Made by a program: the position numbers and the translations under genes. Below are positions 38,924 to 49,214 of a stretch of DNA of 64,000 bases, in pieces; position 1 is the first letter of the stretch; each line of letters opens with the position of its first letter. Under the pieces are notes generated by a model. It searched no databases. It worked only from the letters and a program-made list of their open reading frames with translations, and had not been told where the DNA came from. Origin of the DNA: an uncultured virus (IMG/VR IMGVR_UViG_3300017747_004610) (lineage: Duplodnaviria > Heunggongvirae > Uroviricota > Caudoviricetes); IMG/VR virus record IMGVR_UViG_3300017747_004610; one strand, given 5' to 3'.

Positions 38924-40030
38924 TTATTTAATGAATATCTTAATATATTTTTCAATAATTTTATCAATACTATTAGTAGCGTCTAATGCTGGTTGATGTC
39001 TATAATCTTCCGCAAACTCACTCCAAGTCGATTTATTTGATTTGATTAAAAAACTACAATAACTTAAAGAAAACAAATCCACAATATTTTCAACTACATT
39101 ACCATATGTTTTTAACTTATATACATCATGATGATTGTCAACTAAAAATTCATTTATTTGTTTAATGATTTCAGTGTTATTTATCAAGTTATTTGGATAT
39201 CGATTATAATATTGTGACAATAAATTTTTTGGTAAATCACTGCTTATGTATATCTTTTGAGAAGGGTCTATCTCTAATATTCCATCAATTATTTTGAAAT
39301 ATACATCATCCCTAATAAACTTATAAGCGTTATGGTGTGAATTTGTTTTTTTAATAAATTGACTATAATCTTCCCTATTTTCATCAGGTAATGAATTTAT
39401 GTCATCTTCGGTCACATAAACTCCATTATGCCTTCGTATATGAATTCCAACACACCCTTTTGTAAAATTTTCTAAAAGATTCTGAATAAAATTATATTTT
39501 ATTTTTATGTTTTGAAGCGGTCTTTCAACTAAATGGATTATAGGATATTGAATCGCAAGATCTGGATTGTATCTAAAGTTTATCAACCTTTTAATATCGT
39601 AATAACCAAAATCTGAATGAGCCTCTTTAGGAAACCTGTAATCTTCATTAAAAAATGCATTTTCAATACAATCCCTTGTTATTGGTGTTGTCATTGATAC
39701 CGACATATTTTTTATATCATAAACCGTTAGAAACTTGAGACGATTAAACTCCATTGGATAGTATAATCCATATGCAAACTTTTCCATTTTTACTGGATGG
39801 GTATGTGGTAAATCTAAAATTTCAAGTTCCGGCCAAAACATATCTTGGAGTAAAATATCATATCCAAAATTATTTTTTTCATTAATGAACTCCGCAACTT
39901 CCCAATGAAATATTCTATTACAAAGACCGGTATCTGTACCGTATTCAAGTTTTACATAGTCAAAGAAATTACTATGATGGCCCCATCCTCCGAATGGTTC
40001 CAACCATCTTAACGTACCATCATAATACAT
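38924..40030 (-). CDS. Fucosyltransferase-like protein (GT11/GT23 NodZ-like), tandem paralog
   Basis: GLCNR, VGIHIRR, YISSD, DLFSLSYC, STWS. Confidence 0.75.
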   Translation of the reverse strand: MYYDGTLRWLEPFGGWGHHSNFFDYVKLEYGTDTGLCNRIFHWEVAEFINEKNNFGYDILLQDMFWPELEILDLPHTHPVKMEKFAYGLYYPMEFNRLKFLTVYDIKNMSVSMTTPITRDCIENAFFNEDYRFPKEAHSDFGYYDIKRLINFRYNPDLAIQYPIIHLVERPLQNIKIKYNFIQNLLENFTKGCVGIHIRRHNGVYVTEDDINSLPDENREDYSQFIKKTNSHHNAYKFIRDDVYFKIIDGILEIDPSQKIYISSDLPKNLLSQYYNRYPNNLINNTEIIKQINEFLVDNHHDVYKLKTYGNVVENIVDLFSLSYCSFLIKSNKSTWSEFAEDYRHQPALDATNSIDKIIEKYIKIFIK

Positions 40031-40032
40031 TC

Positions 40033-41481
40033 TTATTTGTTATAATTATCCTTATCTGAAATGTATTCACCTGGTTCATAATGTGTGATTCGTCCATCTG
40101 TAACTCTCACATCAGGTATGGTTTCATCAATTTCAATCGAATTATACCAATCCTCTAATTCAGGAAAAGTTTCAACAAAACTTTTATTTCTTCTTTTATC
40201 ATATTGTGTATAAAAACTTTTGAAATCGTGAAATTGCATTTGCATGTCAGTTTCAGTTGTATTGTGTCCACGGTTAACTACCTCGATGTAATCAACTAAT
40301 CTTTGAATTTGAGCACCTTCATACATGTTAATCAATGGGTTCTTTTTATTTTTTCTCCACCACATTGATAATTTACCGTGTAAATCATGTTTAACATCAT
40401 CAGGTAACGTCAAAGGTGACATAAATGCCGGCCATCTAAGAATGTTGAAGTCCACAATAGGTTTGTTCCATCCATACTTAGCCTTTAGTGTTAACATATC
40501 ATCCAAGAATTCAGTGATACTAAACAGACATAAACTATTAATTGTCATCATAATCACAACTTGTCTCACGTTACCTTTCTCAATGACTTGAACCAAATTG
40601 TTTCTCCACACTTCGTAGTTCAAACCATCTCTGATGTATTCTGCGTGTGCTCCATATGATTCATTACTAGTATAAATGTCAAATTCTTTAACATCAATTT
40701 CATTTGTTACGTTTATCAACTTATCAATAAATTCTTGACTGACACCTAAATTAGAATTAATAGCAACTCTTAGGTTTGGTGATGGATATTTTTTTACTTC
40801 TTCCATAAACTGCCAGAAATTATGACTCATGGTAGGTTCTCCTCCAGTAACTCTAATCTCTTGTAATGTTTTTGTTAGTTCTGGCCACCACTCTAAGAAT
40901 GCCGACACATATGGATTATTTTCATTGTGTTTACCATAGATTTCAGACCAAGATCCATCAGCATAATATGCCCCTGCACTTGTGGTCTTGAACTTTTGAT
41001 AAGCTCCATTCTTTTTGATGTCTTTACCCCAAGTTGTTGAATAACCTGAATTACAGTATGAACACGCAAAGTTACAGGTACGATCGAAACTAACTTCAAT
41101 AGTTTTTGGGGTAATGTCTGCATCCCAAGGAAAGTCTTTCAATGCCGCAATTTCTTCTTCAGTGTAAATTTGACTTTTATATACACGGTCAGAAATGTTA
41201 TTTCGACCAATATCTTCAATCTTCCAACAATATGAACATTCTGCAGGTTTAGTACCTTCCAACATCATTTTTCTAATTTCTTTTTTGAAATCAGTATTAT
41301 GTAATGCGGATGGATTTGTTTTGATTTTTTCTAAATCAATAGGATGGGGTAATGGAAGATGACATGAATTTGTAAACCCATGACCTAAATGTAAACTGAC
41401 GTTATACCATTTTGCGGCACAAAAGCTACAACTTACGGAATTTAGGTTTTTATCTCTCCAATTTGCTAATTGCTCTGACAT
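40033..41481 (-). CDS. Radical SAM protein with N-terminal twitch-like domain
   Basis: FCAAKW...NSCH...ECSYCW, CNFACSYC, TGGEPT, INSNL. Confidence 0.9.
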   Translation of the reverse strand: MSEQLANWRDKNLNSVSCSFCAAKWYNVSLHLGHGFTNSCHLPLPHPIDLEKIKTNPSALHNTDFKKEIRKMMLEGTKPAECSYCWKIEDIGRNNISDRVYKSQIYTEEEIAALKDFPWDADITPKTIEVSFDRTCNFACSYCNSGYSTTWGKDIKKNGAYQKFKTTSAGAYYADGSWSEIYGKHNENNPYVSAFLEWWPELTKTLQEIRVTGGEPTMSHNFWQFMEEVKKYPSPNLRVAINSNLGVSQEFIDKLINVTNEIDVKEFDIYTSNESYGAHAEYIRDGLNYEVWRNNLVQVIEKGNVRQVVIMMTINSLCLFSITEFLDDMLTLKAKYGWNKPIVDFNILRWPAFMSPLTLPDDVKHDLHGKLSMWWRKNKKNPLINMYEGAQIQRLVDYIEVVNRGHNTTETDMQMQFHDFKSFYTQYDKRRNKSFVETFPELEDWYNSIEIDETIPDVRVTDGRITHYEPGEYISDKDNYNK

Positions 41482-41488
41482 TCTTGTT

Positions 41489-42202
41489 TTATTTGATTAA
41501 TTCTAAAAAATTCTTATTACTGGATTCATCGTAAATTATACCCAAATTATTTGATATATTAAAGTCATAGTAACATAACAAATTTGTATAGGTATTATAA
41601 GATGGAAACTTGAAAGTCTCTGTATTAACATATTCCTTAACACTATGAATATCCGAAATGTTTTCCAAAATAAAAAACAACCTGATATCCATTTCTCCGT
41701 GCCATTTGTTTTCTGGAGAATTATCAGATGAGTTACTTGAACATCCTAAATATAATGCAGTGTCTCGGTACTTTTCGCATAAATTTCCTTCGAAACCTTG
41801 GGAACCAACTTCTTCTAAATTTTTGTAAATTATGAATTTGTTTTTATTTCGTATAATAGTCACTGATATACCCTTTTCTAACTCATCTCTCAGAAGAGGT
41901 ATAGTTATACTTTGATTATTTTGGCCTTTAATCCTATAAATAAAAAACAAATGATTGTTAATCTTATTATAAACTAAACCAATATTTTTACTCGGTTTCC
42001 CGAATAACATAAAGTGTTCGTCTAAAACAAAATCTTCTTCGATTCTGAAATCAATATGGATTGTAAATTCATCATTGTAAAAAAACTCATCAAAAGTATC
42101 GTTAAGTTTTTTATTGTATTGTGTAACATATTGGTCATCTGGGTGTTCTTCGATTTCCCATTTGAATTTCATCCAATACGGTTGTTTATAATTTATTTTC
42201 AT
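41489..42202 (-). CDS. LamG/concanavalin-like domain protein
   Basis: Paralogous to the N-terminus of 42186-44306 (MKIxYxxPW/YW, FGxPxKNxG, LYLGC, LLCYYDF). Confidence 0.55.
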   Translation of the reverse strand: MKINYKQPYWMKFKWEIEEHPDDQYVTQYNKKLNDTFDEFFYNDEFTIHIDFRIEEDFVLDEHFMLFGKPSKNIGLVYNKINNHLFFIYRIKGQNNQSITIPLLRDELEKGISVTIIRNKNKFIIYKNLEEVGSQGFEGNLCEKYRDTALYLGCSSNSSDNSPENKWHGEMDIRLFFILENISDIHSVKEYVNTETFKFPSYNTYTNLLCYYDFNISNNLGIIYDESSNKNFLELIK

Positions 42203-44306
42203 TACTAATTTCTTCGAAAAATGATTTTAGTTCAGGGTAATATTCTTCAACTTTCAAACCTCTACGTGATTCGTATTGTTTAACAAAGTTATAAAGATCG
42301 AGTTTATGTTGATACAAATCATTATCATGTAATTTCTTGTCTGAAATGAATATGTCTCTTAGTCTCGACACTTTTTCTATTTCTTGAGTTGAAAATCCAA
42401 CATCCTCAACGTTCTGCATTTGATGGAAATTCAAACTTCGATATGTTGAATTGAACTTCATGTACTTTATCCATCTATCAAAATAATCTTGCGTTATATA
42501 ATCTTTCAAGATTCTAAAACTCATAAACGATGGTTGTCTTAAATAAGATGTATCTAATATAATTGCAGAACTCCAATATCTCAGAGGATTAAAGTGTTTA
42601 ACTTTGAACTCATGAACTTTTCTAATTAATGATTCGTATGAAAAAACACTAAAAATATTAAAAGTAGACATGATTACTACCGTAACTTTGGGTAATGCAG
42701 TTAATACTTTATCTATATTGTTAAATAATTTTTCAAAATTCATCCCATATCTTGTATACTCAGATTGAATTCCATACCCATCACAAGATGTGAAAATAAC
42801 AATTTCTTTTACTAAATCATTCTCGATAATTTTATTCAATTTATCTATTAATTTATCTATCAAATTATCGGGAACTCCAAGATTACTATTTATGGAAAGT
42901 TTAAGATTTTGGTTTGGTTGTTCTGTTTCCAAAATGAAATCCAATACTTTCCAAGTATCTTTAGATAATAGTGGTTCTCCACCAGTAATTCTAAATGTAT
43001 CCATACTTTTATAAAGTTCGGGAAACCATTCCCAAAAACTATTAACGTATGGGTTATCCTCAGAATGTTTGTATGGCTTAGTATTACGTTCTTCCATACG
43101 TCTTGTACCATTGTATTCAAATGAAAGTTGGTAAGGGCCGTGGTCATTAATTTCTTCCATCCATTTTGAAGAATATTCAGGTCCACAATACGCACATTTG
43201 AAATTACAGGTGTTAGAAAAACTAACTTCTACGTATTTTGGATTGTAATTATCCCTCCAATCTGACTTAGAAACTTCTTCGAAAAAAGGTTCTGACCAAG
43301 GTTCGGAAGATTTGAAAACTCTATCTGAAAATGAGTTTGAATTATCTTCAACATTCCAACAATAGGAACATTCTGAAGGTCTCTCATTTTCCAACATTTG
43401 TTTACGAGCAAGTTTTTTAACTTTACTATTGTGTAAAGCAGTAGGATTACGAGACAACTCTTCTAAAGTTACCTTATGAGGTTCAGGATGGTGACAAGAG
43501 TGAGTTGTTCCATTATGTAAGTGCATTGTGACTTGTGTCCATTTCGCAAGACAAAATCCACAACCTACGGAGTCCAACTTTTTCTTGTTTGCTTCGAATT
43601 GATTAGTTGATATTTTATCTTTTTCTTTATCTTTTGAAAGTTTCAAATTAAACAAATAGAACTTATCCTTGAATTCATCTTTTATGGTACATTCTTCCCC
43701 CAAATTGTCTCTCAAGTCAAAAGCACACAATAAATTATTTGTAATCAACTCTTGGTCAATACTCATTCTTGTTACAAATTTTTTAATCTGTTGCATAGTT
43801 AATACAGTATCGAATATGGAAAAATGATAAACATCCATTTCAGTCATACTTCTATGCATCATAACATCTGAGTCCATGTTATGGCAACCAATAAAAAAGT
43901 TTTTATCTGCGTAATCATTAATCAAGTCATACTTTGTATCAATAGTATCAACTAGTTTGTAATTGAAATACAAATTAAATTGGTTGTTGGCATACGTTAG
44001 GGTTATGTTTGCTTCATTGTCATACATACCGTCCTTTACAGTATTGTAGGTATAACAGTTGTGAATTGAATTACCGTCCTCACCTTTGGTCCAAAATTCA
44101 AAAACGAATAAATCTACTTCGTAGTCATAACTTACACCAAAATTTTTTCCAGGGACACCGAAAAATCCAATTTTTTCATCTCGAGCAAAATATCTACCAA
44201 CCCTGAAAGATAAACTTATTGTATATTCTTTTTTTAGAATTAAATTAGTTTGTTCCTCACCAGAATTAACCTTTAGGTACCAAGGTTTTTCATATTCTAT
44301 TTTCAT
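42186..44306 (-). CDS. LamG-like domain fused to twitch-type radical SAM enzyme
   Basis: N-terminal beta-sandwich (FNLYFN, FFIGC); FCLAKW...HSCHHP...ECSYCW, CNFKCAYC, TGGEPL. Confidence 0.85.
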   Translation of the reverse strand: MKIEYEKPWYLKVNSGEEQTNLILKKEYTISLSFRVGRYFARDEKIGFFGVPGKNFGVSYDYEVDLFVFEFWTKGEDGNSIHNCYTYNTVKDGMYDNEANITLTYANNQFNLYFNYKLVDTIDTKYDLINDYADKNFFIGCHNMDSDVMMHRSMTEMDVYHFSIFDTVLTMQQIKKFVTRMSIDQELITNNLLCAFDLRDNLGEECTIKDEFKDKFYLFNLKLSKDKEKDKISTNQFEANKKKLDSVGCGFCLAKWTQVTMHLHNGTTHSCHHPEPHKVTLEELSRNPTALHNSKVKKLARKQMLENERPSECSYCWNVEDNSNSFSDRVFKSSEPWSEPFFEEVSKSDWRDNYNPKYVEVSFSNTCNFKCAYCGPEYSSKWMEEINDHGPYQLSFEYNGTRRMEERNTKPYKHSEDNPYVNSFWEWFPELYKSMDTFRITGGEPLLSKDTWKVLDFILETEQPNQNLKLSINSNLGVPDNLIDKLIDKLNKIIENDLVKEIVIFTSCDGYGIQSEYTRYGMNFEKLFNNIDKVLTALPKVTVVIMSTFNIFSVFSYESLIRKVHEFKVKHFNPLRYWSSAIILDTSYLRQPSFMSFRILKDYITQDYFDRWIKYMKFNSTYRSLNFHQMQNVEDVGFSTQEIEKVSRLRDIFISDKKLHDNDLYQHKLDLYNFVKQYESRRGLKVEEYYPELKSFFEEISNENKL

Positions 44307-45730
44307 TACTTCATTATTACATTTATAAACCTTGTATTCGGATATAATGATTCGTCAATATTAACCAACTCAGTCACATCTAATATTTTATTATAACCTT
44401 CTTCTTTATAATTAATTTTATTCTGTTGCATTTCAGTTACAAATCTTTTTTCATTTCTTGCGGTGGTATCACCTTTTGCCCATTTTCCATTTACAAATCC
44501 TTCATCTTCATGATAGATACAATCAAAAGAACCCTCTCTTCTATATGGTAAAATTAAATCTTTTACTTCAATATCTTCATTTACAAAGATAGTATTATTA
44601 TTATAAAATTCATAATTATTGACAATGTCTTTATCTGAAGCATCAAAATTATAGTGAAGTACTAAACCACTTTTATCTTCGAAAATAGTGTTTATGTCAT
44701 CAACAAATTTATCATAAACCTTAACTTCAGCAATTTTACCCTTCAAAAAAACACCAGTATGAGAACACACTCCCATAAGGATAGGTTTGATTGAATCATG
44801 AGCCTTCAACTTTTTTTCGATGTGTAATGGTATATGTTCTTTAACTCCATTCATATTGTAGTTCAATTCATCATTGACATATAGATAATAATTCCCGTTT
44901 TCAGAGTCATATGTTACTGTGACCCACGTCCATTCATTCTCAAATCTTTTTGCATAATTGTAATGATGATTACTGTCCCTATCATATACTATTGAAGAAA
45001 TAGCTCTTGAATTATTGAAGGAAAGTCCCCAATTGTAACTTCCATCTTTTCTTATTAATGGATACTCAATGAATTTTCGTTCTTCGTCTCCAACCAACCA
45101 AATTGGGACTTTATCAGGTTGTTGGTCAGCACTGAATAATATTGATATAGTATGGTCTTGATGTAAACAAGAACTTATTTCTCTATTAACGTTGAATGCC
45201 AAATATGAATCATTTCCATTAAATTGTGCAACCTTCCTATTTTGATGTTTTTCGAAAACTTTGTAAGTTGTCAATCCTTCAAAATACGCCCTCCAAAATA
45301 AATCGTCATCTTCTTGGCCCCAATCCCAATAGTCATTTGAATACCCATTTGTTTTCAAAACTTGGTCTTTGGTGAAAAGAATTATCCCACCAAAATATTG
45401 TTCATAACCTAACTTATATCCATATTTGGATAGTTTGGTTGCAATATGGACAGGGAACTCATCGGGGTAAGAATAGTCACAAGTGTCATCATGAGGAACC
45501 ATGTCAACATCATGCCAAGCAATGTAATCACAACCGTCTTCGAAGGCATGATATGCTGCAATATTTTTCATTGCACCTCTATTAAACAACTTATCATCCA
45601 CTTGATGTCCTACATAAAATTTATGAGGGATTCCCTTGTTCTTTAAGTGTTCAGTTAGACGAGGTATTAATTCCTCTATATGTTCTTTTCTATTTCTGTA
45701 TGGTATACAGATTCCTAATTTTGGTTTCAT
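44306..45730 (-). CDS. GT7 (beta-1,4-galactosyltransferase-like) with inserted LamG domain
   Basis: IPYRNR, FNRGAMKN, HDVD, YFGG, NGYSNDYWDWGQEDDD; AQFNGNDSY...WTWVTVTYD...LYVN...KGKIAEVKVYD. Confidence 0.88.
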   Translation of the reverse strand: MKPKLGICIPYRNRKEHIEELIPRLTEHLKNKGIPHKFYVGHQVDDKLFNRGAMKNIAAYHAFEDGCDYIAWHDVDMVPHDDTCDYSYPDEFPVHIATKLSKYGYKLGYEQYFGGIILFTKDQVLKTNGYSNDYWDWGQEDDDLFWRAYFEGLTTYKVFEKHQNRKVAQFNGNDSYLAFNVNREISSCLHQDHTISILFSADQQPDKVPIWLVGDEERKFIEYPLIRKDGSYNWGLSFNNSRAISSIVYDRDSNHHYNYAKRFENEWTWVTVTYDSENGNYYLYVNDELNYNMNGVKEHIPLHIEKKLKAHDSIKPILMGVCSHTGVFLKGKIAEVKVYDKFVDDINTIFEDKSGLVLHYNFDASDKDIVNNYEFYNNNTIFVNEDIEVKDLILPYRREGSFDCIYHEDEGFVNGKWAKGDTTARNEKRFVTEMQQNKINYKEEGYNKILDVTELVNIDESLYPNTRFINVIMK

Positions 45731-47172
45731 ATTCCTACTGTTACGTGTATAACATTATCAACGGTTTCTTTACCATATTCTTTGAATTTACATGTAGAAA
45801 GCCCGTCACTTTCAAATTTAGCTCCGTTAGTTAAAACTTCGTTATGATATCTTAATTGATTAAATCTAGTTGTTTGATTTTTCCACCCTCCGTCTTCATA
45901 TCCATTTTCTTCGTGTGGTAGTAATTTGAAAGTGGATTCTCTACGATAAGGCACTTTTATTTCTTTATGTTCATCGAAGGTATATCCAACAATTTCACAA
46001 TTGTAAATCCATCCATTATTCCCCTTTTCACTTAAATCTATTAATTGATACCCCTTAATAAATTTAGCATCATAATATAACACTAATTTATAATCTGATT
46101 TGTAATCACCAAAATTCTGGGTTAATCCAAAAAATTGGTTTTTGGAAATCTCCTCAATTTCACCTTCTCCTAAGATATCGTTATAAACTGCAAAAGAACT
46201 AATTGACCCTTTGAAATAGTTATTATCCTTTTCTCTGTGCGGATTTCCGCACCCTAAATAAAAATGTGGCTCTTGTGAGTAATCATAAAAAGTACCCACT
46301 CTCTTGGTATCAACCAATTTTCCATTTTGATATAATGAAAAAAACTTTTCTTCTCTATCTATAGTAACGGTAATGTTTGTCTTGAAATTTGGCAAGATAT
46401 CACTGTGAATAAACACAACTTTTTTATTTTCTGTAAACATTTGAAATGTATACCTTCTATATGAGTTATATGTTATTGTACAGTCATATCCCGGTATTGA
46501 AAATACCGACATAATATCTTCACCTTTGTCCTTATCCAACTCTAAATCATCAGGGTTGAATGAAACGAATATCGTGATTTTTCCATTTGGATTGTAACTT
46601 GTCTGATTGATGAAATCGAATATATTAGCGGACTTAACATAGGCATTTTTACCATTGAACTTCAATGCTGCAGTGTTACCTCCATCTAATTTTAATAGTT
46701 TAGTGTTTAATGGAATATCAAAATATTCACACCTATGTAATAAATCATCATCTTCGTACCCCCACCCCCAATAGTTATTTGAATACCCATTTACCTTTTC
46801 AAATAAGTGTATTGGAAATAGTGTAACTCCTCCGAAATATTGGTCAAACACAATTCTATTGAAATCTTCTGTACCTATCAGATTGGTTGCCAAATGAAGT
46901 GGAACATCACTGTAGGAATAATCTACTTCTTCAGGTAACATGTCCAAGTCATGAAAAACGACATAGTCACATCCAAGTTTCTTCGCATAAATCGTACCGA
47001 TATTTAATAATTTACCACGATTGAAACTTTTTTCATCATCTTGTTCCACAATAATTAGATAATAATTAATACCAGAATCGGAAAGATGTTTTGTAATATG
47101 GCTTTTGAATTCAACCAAATCAAAATATCTATCCCGATAGGGCACAATTATTCCTAACTTGTGATTATTCAT
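45727..47172 (-). CDS. GT7 (beta-1,4-galactosyltransferase-like) with inserted LamG domain
   Basis: VPYRDR, FNRGKLLN, HDLD, YFGG, NGYSNNYWGWGYEDDD; ALKFNGKNAYV...LYQNG...FKGSISSFAVYN. Confidence 0.88.
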   Translation of the reverse strand: MNNHKLGIIVPYRDRYFDLVEFKSHITKHLSDSGINYYLIIVEQDDEKSFNRGKLLNIGTIYAKKLGCDYVVFHDLDMLPEEVDYSYSDVPLHLATNLIGTEDFNRIVFDQYFGGVTLFPIHLFEKVNGYSNNYWGWGYEDDDLLHRCEYFDIPLNTKLLKLDGGNTAALKFNGKNAYVKSANIFDFINQTSYNPNGKITIFVSFNPDDLELDKDKGEDIMSVFSIPGYDCTITYNSYRRYTFQMFTENKKVVFIHSDILPNFKTNITVTIDREEKFFSLYQNGKLVDTKRVGTFYDYSQEPHFYLGCGNPHREKDNNYFKGSISSFAVYNDILGEGEIEEISKNQFFGLTQNFGDYKSDYKLVLYYDAKFIKGYQLIDLSEKGNNGWIYNCEIVGYTFDEHKEIKVPYRRESTFKLLPHEENGYEDGGWKNQTTRFNQLRYHNEVLTNGAKFESDGLSTCKFKEYGKETVDNVIHVTVGI

Positions 47173-47368
47173 CTATGGTAGGATCTTTAGGTTGAACTGT
47201 TTTATGCCATTCCGCTAAGTAAAATTGAATACGGTCGCTCCACTCTTGTTTTTCAATTTCTTCAACCCAAACAGTTAACGCGTCCAATGTGTTTGCTATT
47301 TTCTCTAAGGCTTTGACTTTTCGTTGCTCAAGCAACATTTTTTCTTTTTCTTTATCTAATTCTGTCAT
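47165..47368 (-). CDS. Small hypothetical protein
   Basis: 67-aa ORF coupled to both neighbours. Confidence 0.7.
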   Translation of the reverse strand: MTELDKEKEKMLLEQRKVKALEKIANTLDALTVWVEEIEKQEWSDRIQFYLAEWHKTVQPKDPTIDE

Positions 47369-48231
47369 ATCAAAACTATTTTTTTAATTAAATTATTCCA
47401 TTTCCTATATCTTTTGAATTCATCAATCCCTGAGGATTCTTCAATCATAAATTCTTCATTATTCAAATCTATCAAAAAATTTGATTTTTCCAACTCTTGA
47501 TACATTTTCATGTACTCTTCTGAATATGAATATTCTTTATTAGTGTCAGCAACTCTTTTAATTCTTTCAATTGAAGTAATATCCCATTTGAAGTGGTGGA
47601 CTTGTACTGAATGAGTATCAATCGGTGCTATCAAAGGATTCCCCCAACCTTGCCATTTCCAAGTGGTATATCCATCCACTTTCGCATAGTGTTGACCATT
47701 GGTTAATGTAACCCATCCTCTCGTAATACAAACTTTATTTGGACAAGCTTGACTCATTGGATACCTAAAAAATCCCATGACAGGAAATTGTTTCCAAATA
47801 CGTTCATCTTCTTTAATCTCAGGAAATGTACCTCCACTACCTATTCTATCTATGAATCCTCCTCTAACAATATCCCATCCATTTACTTCACAATCCAAAA
47901 TTAACTTTTGAATGTTGTCATGAGGATATAAGTGAAACTCATCTATGTCTGCAACAACCCACCAACCATTTTTGTCTTTCGATTTTACTTCATTGTATAA
48001 GTTAGTTACCATCTCCCAATCAAAATTGTGATGACGAACTTCTTTAACAACATGGACATTATTGTATCCTGAAATAATACTTTTTACCTCTTCACTAATG
48101 TTCGGATGTAAATCTGAGTTATAACACGCGATATGAATCTCGCTTACATATTTTTGGTAATGTTTTATAAAGTGGGGTAATAAATTAACCCCGTGACCAA
48201 TAACTGTTACTAATTTTATCATTTTTTCCAA
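47365..48231 (-). CDS. GT-A fold glycosyltransferase (GT2/GT92-like)
   Basis: LLPHFIKHY, WVVADIDEF, GGFIDR, GQH, HHFKW. Confidence 0.75.
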   Translation of the reverse strand: MEKMIKLVTVIGHGVNLLPHFIKHYQKYVSEIHIACYNSDLHPNISEEVKSIISGYNNVHVVKEVRHHNFDWEMVTNLYNEVKSKDKNGWWVVADIDEFHLYPHDNIQKLILDCEVNGWDIVRGGFIDRIGSGGTFPEIKEDERIWKQFPVMGFFRYPMSQACPNKVCITRGWVTLTNGQHYAKVDGYTTWKWQGWGNPLIAPIDTHSVQVHHFKWDITSIERIKRVADTNKEYSYSEEYMKMYQELEKSNFLIDLNNEEFMIEESSGIDEFKRYRKWNNLIKKIVLI

Positions 48232-49208
48232 AAACTATAAATCCCTTTATTCAATTCATAATCACTCCACACAAATCTTTCTCGTTTCGGTTGTTTTTTA
48301 GCCCATTCCCACATCTGACTTAACCCATCATATAATGAAGTTTTATCAGAAAATCCCAAAAGGTCGATAGATTTTTGATATGTTGGATGAGCGTTTTTTA
48401 CCTCATGTCTTTTTTCTTTATAGACCACTTCACCATCTTGGATAACTTCTCTTAAAACTTTGTTAGCGTCATTAATTGTATAATATTTTGTACCTCCTAA
48501 ATTGATAATCTCTTTGGAACAATTCTCTTGTTGGGATGATTTCCACAAGCCCTCCAAACAATCATCAATGTAACTGAACGCCCTTTTTTGTTCGCCATCT
48601 CCAAATATAGTCATCGGTTCACCATTCAGATGTTGATACATCCATATACCTAATACGTTTCTGTATTTATCCCAAATGTTTTGTTTGATACCATAAAAAT
48701 TGTGAGGTCGAATGATACACCAATCTAAACCATGTTGTTCACCGGCAACCTTAATATCCATTTCACAGGCATATTTTGCAATACCATATGGATCTATAGG
48801 ATTTTGTTGGTCGTCTTCGTGGAAAGGTGGAGTCCCATGGCCATATACCGCCATAGTAGATGAAAAAATGAGTCGTTTTACATTATGTTTAATACACTCA
48901 TTTACTATGTTTGCAGTTGAAATGAGGTTATTTTCATAATTATATTTCCTAATAAATGGAGATAGTCCTTCAGCAGCATAAGCCGCAAAATGGTATACAT
49001 AATCAGGTTTGGTTTCTTCAAAAATATCTGATAGTTTATCAGATTTACAATCAACATTAAAAAATTTAACGTCAGGGTTAACATTTTCAATGTATCCCCC
49101 ACTTAAATTATCAACACCTATTAGTTCAACATTAGGTTTGTTTTCAACAATCCAATCAGCGAGTCTTGAACCTAAAAGTCCTGCAACTCCTGTTATTAAT
49201 ATTTTCAT
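48219..49208 (-). CDS. NAD-dependent sugar epimerase/dehydratase
   Basis: ITGVAGLLGS, VDNLSGG, SSTMAVYG, PYGIAK, FGDGEQKRAF. Confidence 0.9.
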   Translation of the reverse strand: MKILITGVAGLLGSRLADWIVENKPNVELIGVDNLSGGYIENVNPDVKFFNVDCKSDKLSDIFEETKPDYVYHFAAYAAEGLSPFIRKYNYENNLISTANIVNECIKHNVKRLIFSSTMAVYGHGTPPFHEDDQQNPIDPYGIAKYACEMDIKVAGEQHGLDWCIIRPHNFYGIKQNIWDKYRNVLGIWMYQHLNGEPMTIFGDGEQKRAFSYIDDCLEGLWKSSQQENCSKEIINLGGTKYYTINDANKVLREVIQDGEVVYKEKRHEVKNAHPTYQKSIDLLGFSDKTSLYDGLSQMWEWAKKQPKRERFVWSDYELNKGIYSFWKK

Positions 49209-49214
49209 ATATTA

